A DNA stretch of 27,852 nt from a virus (Duplodnaviria > Caudoviricetes): positions 1 to 27,852 of IMG/VR virus record IMGVR_UViG_3300037462_000322; one strand, given 5' to 3'. Below, in pieces: positions 17,729-25,745 of the stretch; the stretch's first letter is position 1; each line of letters opens with the position of its first letter. A program made the position numbers and the translations under genes. The notes beneath the pieces were generated by a model. That model had not been told where the DNA came from and searched no databases. It saw only the letters and a program-made list of their open reading frames with translations.

Positions 17729-18667
17729 TCAGTATCCCGTGACGGTGTTGACGAGGACGGCGGTGCACATGCGGGCGGGGCTGGTGGCCTTCGCCGCCTG
17801 CCAATCGAAGGTGGCCTGGATGCCCTGCGGGCCCGGGATCTCGATCCGCGGGCGTGGCAGGTAGACGGCGTGCGCGGTGAAGGTGAAGCTGGCGTTCGCG
17901 CCGAGGCTCCAGGCGAAGACCAACTCGCAAGGCGTCCCGTCGATGGCCTGCGTGATCAGCGTGGTGTCGGCGAAACGCACCTCCACCCGGCCGGTCAGCG
18001 CGGCCATGCCGGGGTCGGCCCCCTCGATGCGCCCGTCCGAGCGGATGGTTTCGATCCGGTCGAGGCCGTTTGCATAGGTCACCTCGGCCGAGATTACGTT
18101 GCCGAGCGGCGAACCGTTGCGGGTGATCGCCCCGTTGAAGTGCCCGAAGCGCTGCAGCGCCAGCGCGGTCGGCGTGCCAGCAGCCGTGGTGGCGGCGACG
18201 TTCTCGCCCTGCGCCACAAGTCGGGCCGTGGCGGTCAGCAGCCCCGACCGCGCCATCTGCCAGGAAAGCTGATCGCAGACACAGCCGGTGTACATTGCAT
18301 AGCGCGGTACCTCCGGCATGGCCGTCTCGATGGCCATCGACGGCAGCGTCCAGTTTCCCGACTGGAAGGTGTGGGTCTTGGGCGTCGTGCCGGTGGTCGT
18401 GGGTTGACCGAAGGCCGCCTTCAGCCAGAGGCCGAAGTTCTCGACATCAATCGGCACCACCACATCGCCATCGGCGGTGACCGCATCCTTGATCGGGGCC
18501 AGTGGGTCGCGCCCCTGGCCCAGCAGTTCCGAGGCGATCAACGGCTGTTCGGAGCCGAGCGTGGTGCTGGCGAAGGGCACCGTCCGGTAGCCCGAGGCGG
18601 GCGGGGTGCCATAGACGGTTTCGAACGCAAGCGCCATTTGCGCCCGCGCCCCATGGGCTCGTGCCAT
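17729..18667 (-). CDS. Major tail tube protein
   Basis: MARAHGARAQMALAFETVYG; beta-rich 312 aa; AGGAG RBS; position between terminator and chaperone. Confidence 0.88.
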   Translation of the reverse strand: MARAHGARAQMALAFETVYGTPPASGYRTVPFASTTLGSEQPLIASELLGQGRDPLAPIKDAVTADGDVVVPIDVENFGLWLKAAFGQPTTTGTTPKTHTFQSGNWTLPSMAIETAMPEVPRYAMYTGCVCDQLSWQMARSGLLTATARLVAQGENVAATTAAGTPTALALQRFGHFNGAITRNGSPLGNVISAEVTYANGLDRIETIRSDGRIEGADPGMAALTGRVEVRFADTTLITQAIDGTPCELVFAWSLGANASFTFTAHAVYLPRPRIEIPGPQGIQATFDWQAAKATSPARMCTAVLVNTVTGY

Positions 18668-18691
18668 TGTGTACTCCTGTTGTTAGAGGTG

Positions 18692-19114
18692 TCAGGCCAG
18701 AGGGTCGGCCGTGGAATAGTGCAAGACGACGGTGATCACCGCCGCCTTCAGGGCTGCCGCGCCCTCGACGGGCAGATCGACCGAGGCCGGAGCCTCGGGT
18801 TCGACCCAGTCACAGAGGCCGCCCAGCGTCCGATCAGCTTCCAGAGCCGCGCCTATGGCGGCGATCAGGTCATCGAAGGTGCTGGCCCGGCCGGTGCCCG
18901 CCTGGACGACGACCTCCAGCTCGGCGCGGTGCTGGTAGTGATAGTGCAGAGGCGACAGCGTCACCTCTGGCTGACCCGGCTGGCCGTCGCGCAGGATGAT
19001 CAGCCCGTCCGCGGGGATCCGCTCGGGCAGGACCTCGTCACGCAAGGTGAGGGCGGCAAGAGGCTGCAGCCGCGCATGCAGCGCGGCGAGGATGGTTTCG
19101 CGATGGGTGGGCAT
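18692..19114 (-). CDS. Tail terminator / minor tail protein (140 aa)
   Basis: MPTHRETILAAL...ADRTLGGLCDW; position upstream of the tail tube. Confidence 0.75.
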   Translation of the reverse strand: MPTHRETILAALHARLQPLAALTLRDEVLPERIPADGLIILRDGQPGQPEVTLSPLHYHYQHRAELEVVVQAGTGRASTFDDLIAAIGAALEADRTLGGLCDWVEPEAPASVDLPVEGAAALKAAVITVVLHYSTADPLA

Positions 19115-19215
19115 TAGTGCCATCTCGGTATGAAAGTGAAGACCGACGACCGCAGTTACATATTCGTAAGCGGTGCGATAGGTTACAGACGGCGAAGTTC
19201 CATTGGAGGCAAAAA

Positions 19216-20214
19216 GTGTCTTTTCCGTACGCACTTTCCGAGCAGGAGCTCGCCTGGATTCAGGTTGTTTCGGTCTTGATTGCTCTTGTCGCTTTGTTGT
19301 TTTCGGCCATTGCAGTCTACTTCACTGTTTTGATGTATCGCCAAAAGCGAGGTGCGTTCGTTCGTGGTCGTTATTCAATAACGAGCAGCAGCATCGCAAC
19401 GGATTCCAAATATGTGAACGAAGTCATTATTGAAAACCTAAAAGACAGGTCTCTCGTTGTATTCGGAATTTATCTGCGCCTCTCAAGCGGATATATGGTT
19501 GAAATTGAGTCATTCGATGATTCTCCCGTAATCTTGAAGCCATTCGAGGTTGTCAAACGCAGCTACGACCCAGTAGATTTCTATAGCTTCAATGCTCGTC
19601 GAATTGATTTAAACTCTTTATTTGATGACGGCTATCGCAAGAATCGACTTGTTCTGGCGACCACAGATGGCAAGCTCATTGTCAAGGATCCTATACCAGT
19701 ATGGAACCCGGTCTACGATTGGTTCAGAAATCACCTCAAAATTACAGCTCAGATTCACCGCACAAGTTTCGCCGGGCGCGCTTACGGTGGAAATGTGGTT
19801 TACCTGGTTGAAATCTATAAAAATGAAGATCGTATTCAGATCATCCCAATCTATCCTGCAGAGTTTACCTACAAGTGGTTTCGAGATATCGGGGGCGATG
19901 AGGGTTCGTTGACTTCTGCTGAGAGCATGACTGCGTTATTTGATGCGGCGATCAAGACTGGAAAGATAAATGCTGATCGATCCGTTGTCGTTGACGTGGT
20001 GGCGATCAAGAAGGATCGGCTCGATTCAAATTTTGACTATCTGAAGCGTGATCCAATTGTTGCAAGGCCGTCATCGTGGTTCTTTGTGAACATAGTTGGT
20101 CGCCTTGCAACCATGTATAGTTCGCGACAGCTGCGGCGTAAGAACCGAGCTGCACAAAGAAGGTTAAATCAAGAGATGAAGGAGCCAAAGAAGGTTCCGG
20201 ATCAGCAAGACTGA
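19216..20214 (+). CDS. Low-GC moron: N-terminally membrane-anchored hypothetical protein (332 aa)
   Basis: GGAGG RBS followed by GTG at 19216; TM IQVVSVLIALVALLFSAIAVYFTVLMY then RQKRG; AT-rich (25/60 GC in line 19381 vs 40/60 in line 18901); antisense to the late operon. Confidence 0.85.
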   Translation: MSFPYALSEQELAWIQVVSVLIALVALLFSAIAVYFTVLMYRQKRGAFVRGRYSITSSSIATDSKYVNEVIIENLKDRSLVVFGIYLRLSSGYMVEIESFDDSPVILKPFEVVKRSYDPVDFYSFNARRIDLNSLFDDGYRKNRLVLATTDGKLIVKDPIPVWNPVYDWFRNHLKITAQIHRTSFAGRAYGGNVVYLVEIYKNEDRIQIIPIYPAEFTYKWFRDIGGDEGSLTSAESMTALFDAAIKTGKINADRSVVVDVVAIKKDRLDSNFDYLKRDPIVARPSSWFFVNIVGRLATMYSSRQLRRKNRAAQRRLNQEMKEPKKVPDQQD

Positions 20215-20243
20215 TACCGTTAGAATGTGTGGTTTGGGGCATC

Positions 20244-20873
20244 TCAGAACCTGCTCTCCACCCACCCCGCCACGATCCGCCCCGGCACCCCATCGATGGC
20301 CCGCTCGGCATCCCGCGCCAGATCCAGCCGCTTGCGCAGCTTGACCTGAGGGACCAGCAGGAAGATCGGCACCGTCGTCAGCCCGCGGCCGGTCTTCGCC
20401 CGTGACGCCACCGCGCGTCCCTTGCTGTTCAACCGCCCCTCCGCCACCAGCAAGCTCGGGCCCCGGCGCCGGTAGATGAACCGCAGGCGCAGCCCCGTGC
20501 GGCGTTCCCATTCGCCGGGGGTAATCCGGCCGCCGCGGGTGGATTTGCCCGCGGCCGGGGTGGGGATGGCGAGCCAGAACCCGTTGCGCGACCGGATCAG
20601 CGGCCCGGTGTCATGCGCCCCGACGATCACCGGGGCGTTCGACCAGACCAGTGCCGCGGCGTTCAGGCTCTCGCTGCCCTTGGGATAGGTGGCCAGCCGG
20701 ATCGAATTGCCGAGCCGGGTACCAAGCCCTGCGCCGGTGATCTGGCCGCGCCAGGCGGATTTCAGGCCCGCGCCCGCCTCGCGCATGGCGGTGGTGATGG
20801 CCTTTTCACCCGCGGCGATTTCCGCCTGCATCAGGGCGGCGAGGTCGGGGCTGATTTCCAGCTTCAGTTTCAT
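20244..20873 (-). CDS. Putative tail completion / neck protein (DUF6441-like)
   Basis: Basic 209-aa protein (LKSAWRGQI...WLAIPT...IFLLVPQVKL) between the head-tail joining and terminator genes. Confidence 0.75.
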   Translation of the reverse strand: MKLKLEISPDLAALMQAEIAAGEKAITTAMREAGAGLKSAWRGQITGAGLGTRLGNSIRLATYPKGSESLNAAALVWSNAPVIVGAHDTGPLIRSRNGFWLAIPTPAAGKSTRGGRITPGEWERRTGLRLRFIYRRRGPSLLVAEGRLNSKGRAVASRAKTGRGLTTVPIFLLVPQVKLRKRLDLARDAERAIDGVPGRIVAGWVESRF

Positions 20874-20877
20874 CGAA

Positions 20878-21192
20878 TCAGGCCGGGCGGAGATCGAGGG
20901 TCCAGATGAGCCGTTCCCGGTCGCGCAGCGGTTCCCCCTGGATCACATGGCTGTCTGCGCCGATGACGATCACATCGCCCGGACGCGGGGCGGGGAGGTC
21001 GGCCACGCGCACATCCGCCACCATCGTGTCGCTGACGAAGCGCCCCGCCCCGAAGTCGGTGACGCGGTCCGGCGCGCGGCGGATGATCCGGATCGGGCGT
21101 TCCTCCGAGGTGGTGGCCGAGATCCAGAGGGCCGGGGCCGCCATGGAGGCATGGGTGAAGATGCGGTCCATGGCGGCTTTGAGGACGGACAT
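20878..21192 (-). CDS. Head-tail joining protein (gpFII-like)
   Basis: 104-aa beta-rich protein after the capsid; PRPGD..VIG....IQGEP.RD.ERL.W motif. Confidence 0.78.
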   Translation of the reverse strand: MSVLKAAMDRIFTHASMAAPALWISATTSEERPIRIIRRAPDRVTDFGAGRFVSDTMVADVRVADLPAPRPGDVIVIGADSHVIQGEPLRDRERLIWTLDLRPA

Positions 21193-21204
21193 GGGCTGGG
21201 TCCG

Positions 21205-22227
21205 TCAGTTCGACGTGTGGAGGCGGATCGCCAGCCGGGGCCGCTTGTTGACCGGCAGGATCGAAGCTTCGGTCATCACGTCGATCCAGCGGCCCTTCTC
21301 GTCGAGATGCTGGCGGGCGTAGAGCGGCAGGCCGATGGTGTTGGCGGTTTCCAAGAGGTTCGCGGGGCCACCATAGGTGGTAAAGGTGTCCATCGTGCCG
21401 AGCGGAAAGGCGATGCCTTCGTTCGCCGGGACCAGCCGTTCGGTGGCCTTGGTCGAGAGGGTGACGGTGCCCGAGTATTCCTCGAAGAGGATGCCGCCGA
21501 AGGGAAAGTTGCGCCGCACATCCTCGCGCAGCGGCTGCGCGCCGGTCGAGGCATAGAACTTGTAGGCCTCTTCTGTCTTCGGGTGCGCGATCAGCTTGTC
21601 GAAGAACTCGCGGCTGACGAGGGCATGGACCGAGGTCATTGCCTCGCCGAGGAGGTTGTCCTCGATGGCGCGCAGAACCTCGCGGACCTTGCCCTGCACG
21701 TTCGTTCCGGCAGTGCCAAGGACGAAGTCCACCGAGATCTGCGCAAGGCCGAATTCGGTGAAGTAGTTGTAGAGGGTGGTCCCGGCGCCGTCCTTCACGA
21801 TGCCGCGGAGCGCGTTCATCTCCATGTATTCGCGGGTCTGGGCGTGCTTGCGGCGCATCAGCAGGAGCTTGCGGTTCATCACCTCGACAAGCGGATCGGC
21901 GGCGTCGAAGGTGCCCAGCGCGGGGGCGCCTTGGATGTCGGCAGGCAGGATCACGTCGTCATGCGGGATCCACGGCAGCGCGAAGCTGCGCATCGAGCGG
22001 CCCTCCCGCGTGCCCACGGTAGCGGGGCCGCCGAGGGGAACGGAGGGCAGGAGGCTGAGGACGCCTTCGTATTGCTCGATGATGACAGAGCGCTGGCTGA
22101 CCCCTTCGAAGCGGAAGAGGCCGATCTGGGCGAGGCGGGTGTAGAGGTTGGGCAGGATGTTGATGGCCTGCGTCATCTCGGCCAGCGAATAGCCGCCAGC
22201 GTCGAAGGGATTGCGGACAAGGGTCAT
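21205..22227 (-). CDS. Major capsid protein (lambda gpE family)
   Basis: 340 aa; SLAEMTQAIN, TREYMEMNALRG, YNYFTEFG, FGGILFEEY; follows the decoration gene. Confidence 0.92.
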   Translation of the reverse strand: MTLVRNPFDAGGYSLAEMTQAINILPNLYTRLAQIGLFRFEGVSQRSVIIEQYEGVLSLLPSVPLGGPATVGTREGRSMRSFALPWIPHDDVILPADIQGAPALGTFDAADPLVEVMNRKLLLMRRKHAQTREYMEMNALRGIVKDGAGTTLYNYFTEFGLAQISVDFVLGTAGTNVQGKVREVLRAIEDNLLGEAMTSVHALVSREFFDKLIAHPKTEEAYKFYASTGAQPLREDVRRNFPFGGILFEEYSGTVTLSTKATERLVPANEGIAFPLGTMDTFTTYGGPANLLETANTIGLPLYARQHLDEKGRWIDVMTEASILPVNKRPRLAIRLHTSN

Positions 22228-22275
22228 GGTGGGGCTCCGGGGGATGAGGGGATGGGCGCGGCCGGGTGGGCTGCG

Positions 22276-22656
22276 TCAGACGCCGTCGCGGGCGATGATG
22301 CCGACGGCGGCCAGCTGGGTGATCTTCGCGGCGATCTTGGCCGCGTCGTTGACGGTGGCCTCATAGGCAAGGGCGGCGCGCGAGACGATGGCGGGGCCAC
22401 GGGTGACCACGATGCCCACGGCGTCTGCCAGCGTGGCGTTCACCGGATAGAGGAGCACGGCCACCGCGGTTTGCGCACCGTCGGCACCGGTCGCGGGCGA
22501 GAGGGTGTACTTGCCGCTGGCCGTGATGCGGCCGAGGACGGCACCGGAGGGGTAGTTGGTGCCGATCAGCAGCGTCACCACCTCGCGGGTGTAGTTCGGG
22601 TTGACCTCATATTTGAGGACGTCGCCCATGCTGGGCGGTTCCGTCAGGACGGGCAT
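22276..22656 (-). CDS. Head decoration protein (gpD-like)
   Basis: GAVLGRITASGKY...ADGAQTAVAVL; GGAG RBS; lambda gene order. Confidence 0.88.
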   Translation of the reverse strand: MPVLTEPPSMGDVLKYEVNPNYTREVVTLLIGTNYPSGAVLGRITASGKYTLSPATGADGAQTAVAVLLYPVNATLADAVGIVVTRGPAIVSRAALAYEATVNDAAKIAAKITQLAAVGIIARDGV

Positions 22657-22708
22657 GGTTCAGTCTCCGGGATGTTGGGGGTGGGGCGCCCGATCCGGGC
22701 GGTGCGCG

Positions 22709-23083
22709 TCAGCGCGAGGCGGCGGCCGACTTCTTCGCGGCCGCGACGATGGGGCTTTCCTTCGCGCCCGCCGCCGGGGCAGTGGCGATGATGCCCGCGG
22801 CATCGCTGCGCGCGGCGAGATCGGCCAGCACCTTGGCGCGCAGCGCCTCGGGCTTAACTCCCTTGGCGACCGCATCGGCAGCGTCGATCTGGATGCCAAG
22901 GCGCGCAGCCTGCGCGCAGACCTGCGCGACTTCCACCGCCTCGGCGCGGATCGCTTCGGGCGACATCGCGGCCGCCGCCGTCTGCGGCGGTGCGATTGCC
23001 GCGGGCGGGGCCGGTTCCGGCGGGGTGCTGGCAGAAGGCGCGGTCGCAGGCTGCGCCTGGTCTTCGGGGGCGGTGGTCATCAT
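22709..23083 (-). CDS. Nested in-frame scaffold protein (Nu3-like)
   Basis: Internal AGAGGAAAGG followed by ATGATG, then a Pro/Ala-rich linker and helical domain. Confidence 0.6.
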   Translation of the reverse strand: MMTTAPEDQAQPATAPSASTPPEPAPPAAIAPPQTAAAAMSPEAIRAEAVEVAQVCAQAARLGIQIDAADAVAKGVKPEALRAKVLADLAARSDAAGIIATAPAAGAKESPIVAAAKKSAAASR

Positions 23084-24022
23084 CGGGCCCTTTCCTCTGT
23101 GGGTGGATGTGCCGCGGGGTGCGGCGGCGAAAGCGCGGAAGGCGGTGACGGGATCGGCCACCTCATCGGCAAGACCGGCGAAGACTGCGGCCTCCCCGCG
23201 GAACACGGCGGCCTCGGTGCCCAGCGCGCGTAGGGTGTCGAGGCGGCGACCACGACCTTCGGCGACAGTTTCAGCGAAGAGCTGGCGCAGGTCCTCCAAC
23301 TCGCCCGCGATCCGGGTGCGGACGGCCTCGGGCAATGGCTGATACGGGTTCGCATCGACCTTGCACGCGCCTGCGTGGATCAGCGTGACGGCGATCCCCT
23401 TCTGGTCCAGCGCCCCGCTCATGTCGCTGTGCATGGCGACGACACCGATGCTGCCGACAGCGCCGGTGCGGGGCAGGATGATGCGGTCGGCTTGCGACGC
23501 CAGCGCATAGGCGGCCGAGAGGGCGTGATCGGCGACAAAGGCCTGCACGGGCTTCTGTGTCCGGGCGGCCCGGATACGATCCGCGAGGTCAAAGGCCCCC
23601 GCCACTTCGCCACCGAAGCTGTCGATATCCAGGGCGATGCCGCGGACAGCAGGATCTGCCAGCGCCGCCTGCAGCTGCGCCGCAATCCCCTCGTAGGATG
23701 TCAGCCCCGAAGACTGCCCGATCCAGGCCCCGCGATGCACCAGCGTGCCCGCGATTTCGATGACTGCGATCCCGTCCACGACGGCAAAGGGCTGGCCACC
23801 ATTCCGCGCTTGTCGGTTGGTCAGGTCGTCGCCGAAGAGGGAGGCCCGGGCGGGCAGGCTGGCTGCATCCCGATCTTCGGTCGCGATTTCCAAACCCTCG
23901 ACACTGATTTCCCGCCCCGTGATCCGGGGCCCCAGCCCGGTCAGGAAGGCCAGCGCCTTGGCGGGGTCGACCATCAGGGGCGTGTTGAAGACGCGCTGGG
24001 CGATCTGGGTGTGGTGCATCAC
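22709..24022 (-). CDS. Prohead maturation protease, S49 family (lambda gpC-like) with C-terminal scaffold
   Basis: LDIDSFGGE, ALSAAYALAS, GAVGSIGV motifs. Confidence 0.92.
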   Translation of the reverse strand: MMHHTQIAQRVFNTPLMVDPAKALAFLTGLGPRITGREISVEGLEIATEDRDAASLPARASLFGDDLTNRQARNGGQPFAVVDGIAVIEIAGTLVHRGAWIGQSSGLTSYEGIAAQLQAALADPAVRGIALDIDSFGGEVAGAFDLADRIRAARTQKPVQAFVADHALSAAYALASQADRIILPRTGAVGSIGVVAMHSDMSGALDQKGIAVTLIHAGACKVDANPYQPLPEAVRTRIAGELEDLRQLFAETVAEGRGRRLDTLRALGTEAAVFRGEAAVFAGLADEVADPVTAFRAFAAAPRGTSTHRGKGPMMTTAPEDQAQPATAPSASTPPEPAPPAAIAPPQTAAAAMSPEAIRAEAVEVAQVCAQAARLGIQIDAADAVAKGVKPEALRAKVLADLAARSDAAGIIATAPAAGAKESPIVAAAKKSAAASR

Positions 24023-25536
24023 CCTTCCTCCGCATGCCGGGGTTCCCGGTCCTCGCCGTTGTCTTCATGATCGTCGCTGTCCTGCTGTTCCTGCCGCCGA
24101 CCTTCGGCGGCCTCCGGACCAGAACCGCCGCCCGCCGCCTGCGCGGGCGAACCCGGCCGCCGGAAGTCGAGACCCAGTTCCGCCTCGCGTTTGCGTTCGG
24201 CCGCGATTTCCCGGTCGACCTGCTCTGCGTCGTAGCCGCGTTCGGCGATGGCCTGCGTGCGGGATTTGAGGCCCGCCTCGATCTGCAGGATCTCGGCCGC
24301 GGCATCCTTCGCGGGGTCGATCCAGTCCCATTTCGTGGGGAGCCAGTCGCAGGCGAGGTATGCGCGCCGGTCGGTGGCGTAACCTGGCAGGTCGATGGCG
24401 CCCGCCAGTACGGCCGTGTCCATCCAGCGCGTCCAGATGGCGCGGCAGAGTTGATAGACCATCACCGAATGCTGGAAGGCCGAGATGCGGCGGCGGAAGT
24501 CGACCAACGCGATCCGCGTATTCGAGAAGTTGCCCTTGGCGGTATCGCCGGTCAGATAGCCATAGGGCACACCCAGCGCCGCGCCGATCTGCAAGAGCGT
24601 CCGGTACTGGAAAGGTTCGTAAGTGGACCCGGAATCCGGCGTCGATGGCGTGGTCACGTCCTCGCCGGGATCGAGCCGCACCACCTGGCCGGGTTCGACC
24701 TCCAGATCGTCCTCCGCCGGATCGAGGGCGGTTTCCGGGGCTGGCGAGGTGATGAACATCGCGAACATCGCAGCGGTTTTCTTCCGCTCCAGTTCCGCAT
24801 CGTCGTAGAGATCGAGGGTGAAGAGCTTCACGACGGCCGCGGCAAAGCGCGACACGCCCCGCAACTGGCCTGCCTCGACGGGGTCGAGGATGTGGATCAC
24901 CTCGGACGCGGGCACGCGCACCGTCTCGCCCGCCAGCCCCTGATCTGTCATGTCCCCCGGATGGCGGCGGAGGAAGTGATAGGCCACGCGGCGGCCGATC
25001 CCGTCGAACTCGATGCCCTGCCGGATCGATCCCGCGCCGGGCAGGACGCGGGTCATGTCCTGGGGCAGCATTTCCGAGGGCAGCATCTGCAACTGCAGTG
25101 GCACGGTCAGGCCATCCTCCGGCCGTCGCGTGCGGATGCGCAGGAAGACCTCGCCAGCAAGGAACACTTCGCGTGCGGCGCGGCGCTGAAGGCCGAAGAA
25201 GTCGGTCAGCCCCTCGGCATCGGCCTCGTCGGTCCAGGCGAGCCAGAGCTTCTGCAGCTCCTCCTTTTTGCCGGGATCGGTGATCTTCGACGAGGGCTTG
25301 ATGCCGTCGCCGACGACATGGTTCGCGAAGGCGTCGACCGCGTTGGCCGCGTAGCCGTTGTTCCGGACCAGCCAGCGGGCGCGGGCGGTGATGGTTTCCC
25401 CTGAGGCGGCGATCAGGGTGTTCACATGGGCGCGGGTGGCGCGGAACCCGCGCATGCGCCGATGGGACTGCGCTGCATCGAAGCCGCCGATGATGCTGCC
25501 GAGGCGCTGGCGGAAGGCGTCGAGCACCATAGTCAC
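24019..25536 (-). CDS. Portal protein, lambda family
   Basis: ARARWLVRNNGYA, IRQGIEFD..GRRVAYH, GQLRGVS, NFSNTR, WIDPAKD. Confidence 0.93.
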   Translation of the reverse strand: MTMVLDAFRQRLGSIIGGFDAAQSHRRMRGFRATRAHVNTLIAASGETITARARWLVRNNGYAANAVDAFANHVVGDGIKPSSKITDPGKKEELQKLWLAWTDEADAEGLTDFFGLQRRAAREVFLAGEVFLRIRTRRPEDGLTVPLQLQMLPSEMLPQDMTRVLPGAGSIRQGIEFDGIGRRVAYHFLRRHPGDMTDQGLAGETVRVPASEVIHILDPVEAGQLRGVSRFAAAVVKLFTLDLYDDAELERKKTAAMFAMFITSPAPETALDPAEDDLEVEPGQVVRLDPGEDVTTPSTPDSGSTYEPFQYRTLLQIGAALGVPYGYLTGDTAKGNFSNTRIALVDFRRRISAFQHSVMVYQLCRAIWTRWMDTAVLAGAIDLPGYATDRRAYLACDWLPTKWDWIDPAKDAAAEILQIEAGLKSRTQAIAERGYDAEQVDREIAAERKREAELGLDFRRPGSPAQAAGGGSGPEAAEGRRQEQQDSDDHEDNGEDREPRHAEEG

Positions 25537-25745
25537 AGACCCTTCGTGGCCACGGTGCCCCAGCGGCGACGACGGGGTGTGGCCGAGGCTGCTGCAGTCC
25601 GCCCTTCCAGATCCCGGATCGCTGCCGCCAGCTCGGCGTCCGAGCCATAGGTCACGGTCTTGCCGTCATAGCTGACGCTGCGCAGCCCGGCGAAGCGGGC
25701 TTCCTGCAGCGCGGTCAGCAGGGCCTGCATGCGTTCCAGGTCCAT
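25533..25745 (-). CDS. Head-tail adaptor (gpW-like)
   Basis: 70 aa between TerL and portal; RSVSYDGKTVTY.S..EL. Confidence 0.85.
   Translation of the reverse strand: MDLERMQALLTALQEARFAGLRSVSYDGKTVTYGSDAELAAAIRDLEGRTAAASATPRRRRWGTVATKGL

Noticed and set aside
20689-22791. 700-aa plus-strand ORF, and similar long ORFs at 17870-19117, 24034-25404, 24065-25648, 26096-27820 and 2969-4294
   Set aside because: Antisense or off-frame shadows of well-supported genes, expected from stop-codon scarcity in high-GC DNA; no motifs
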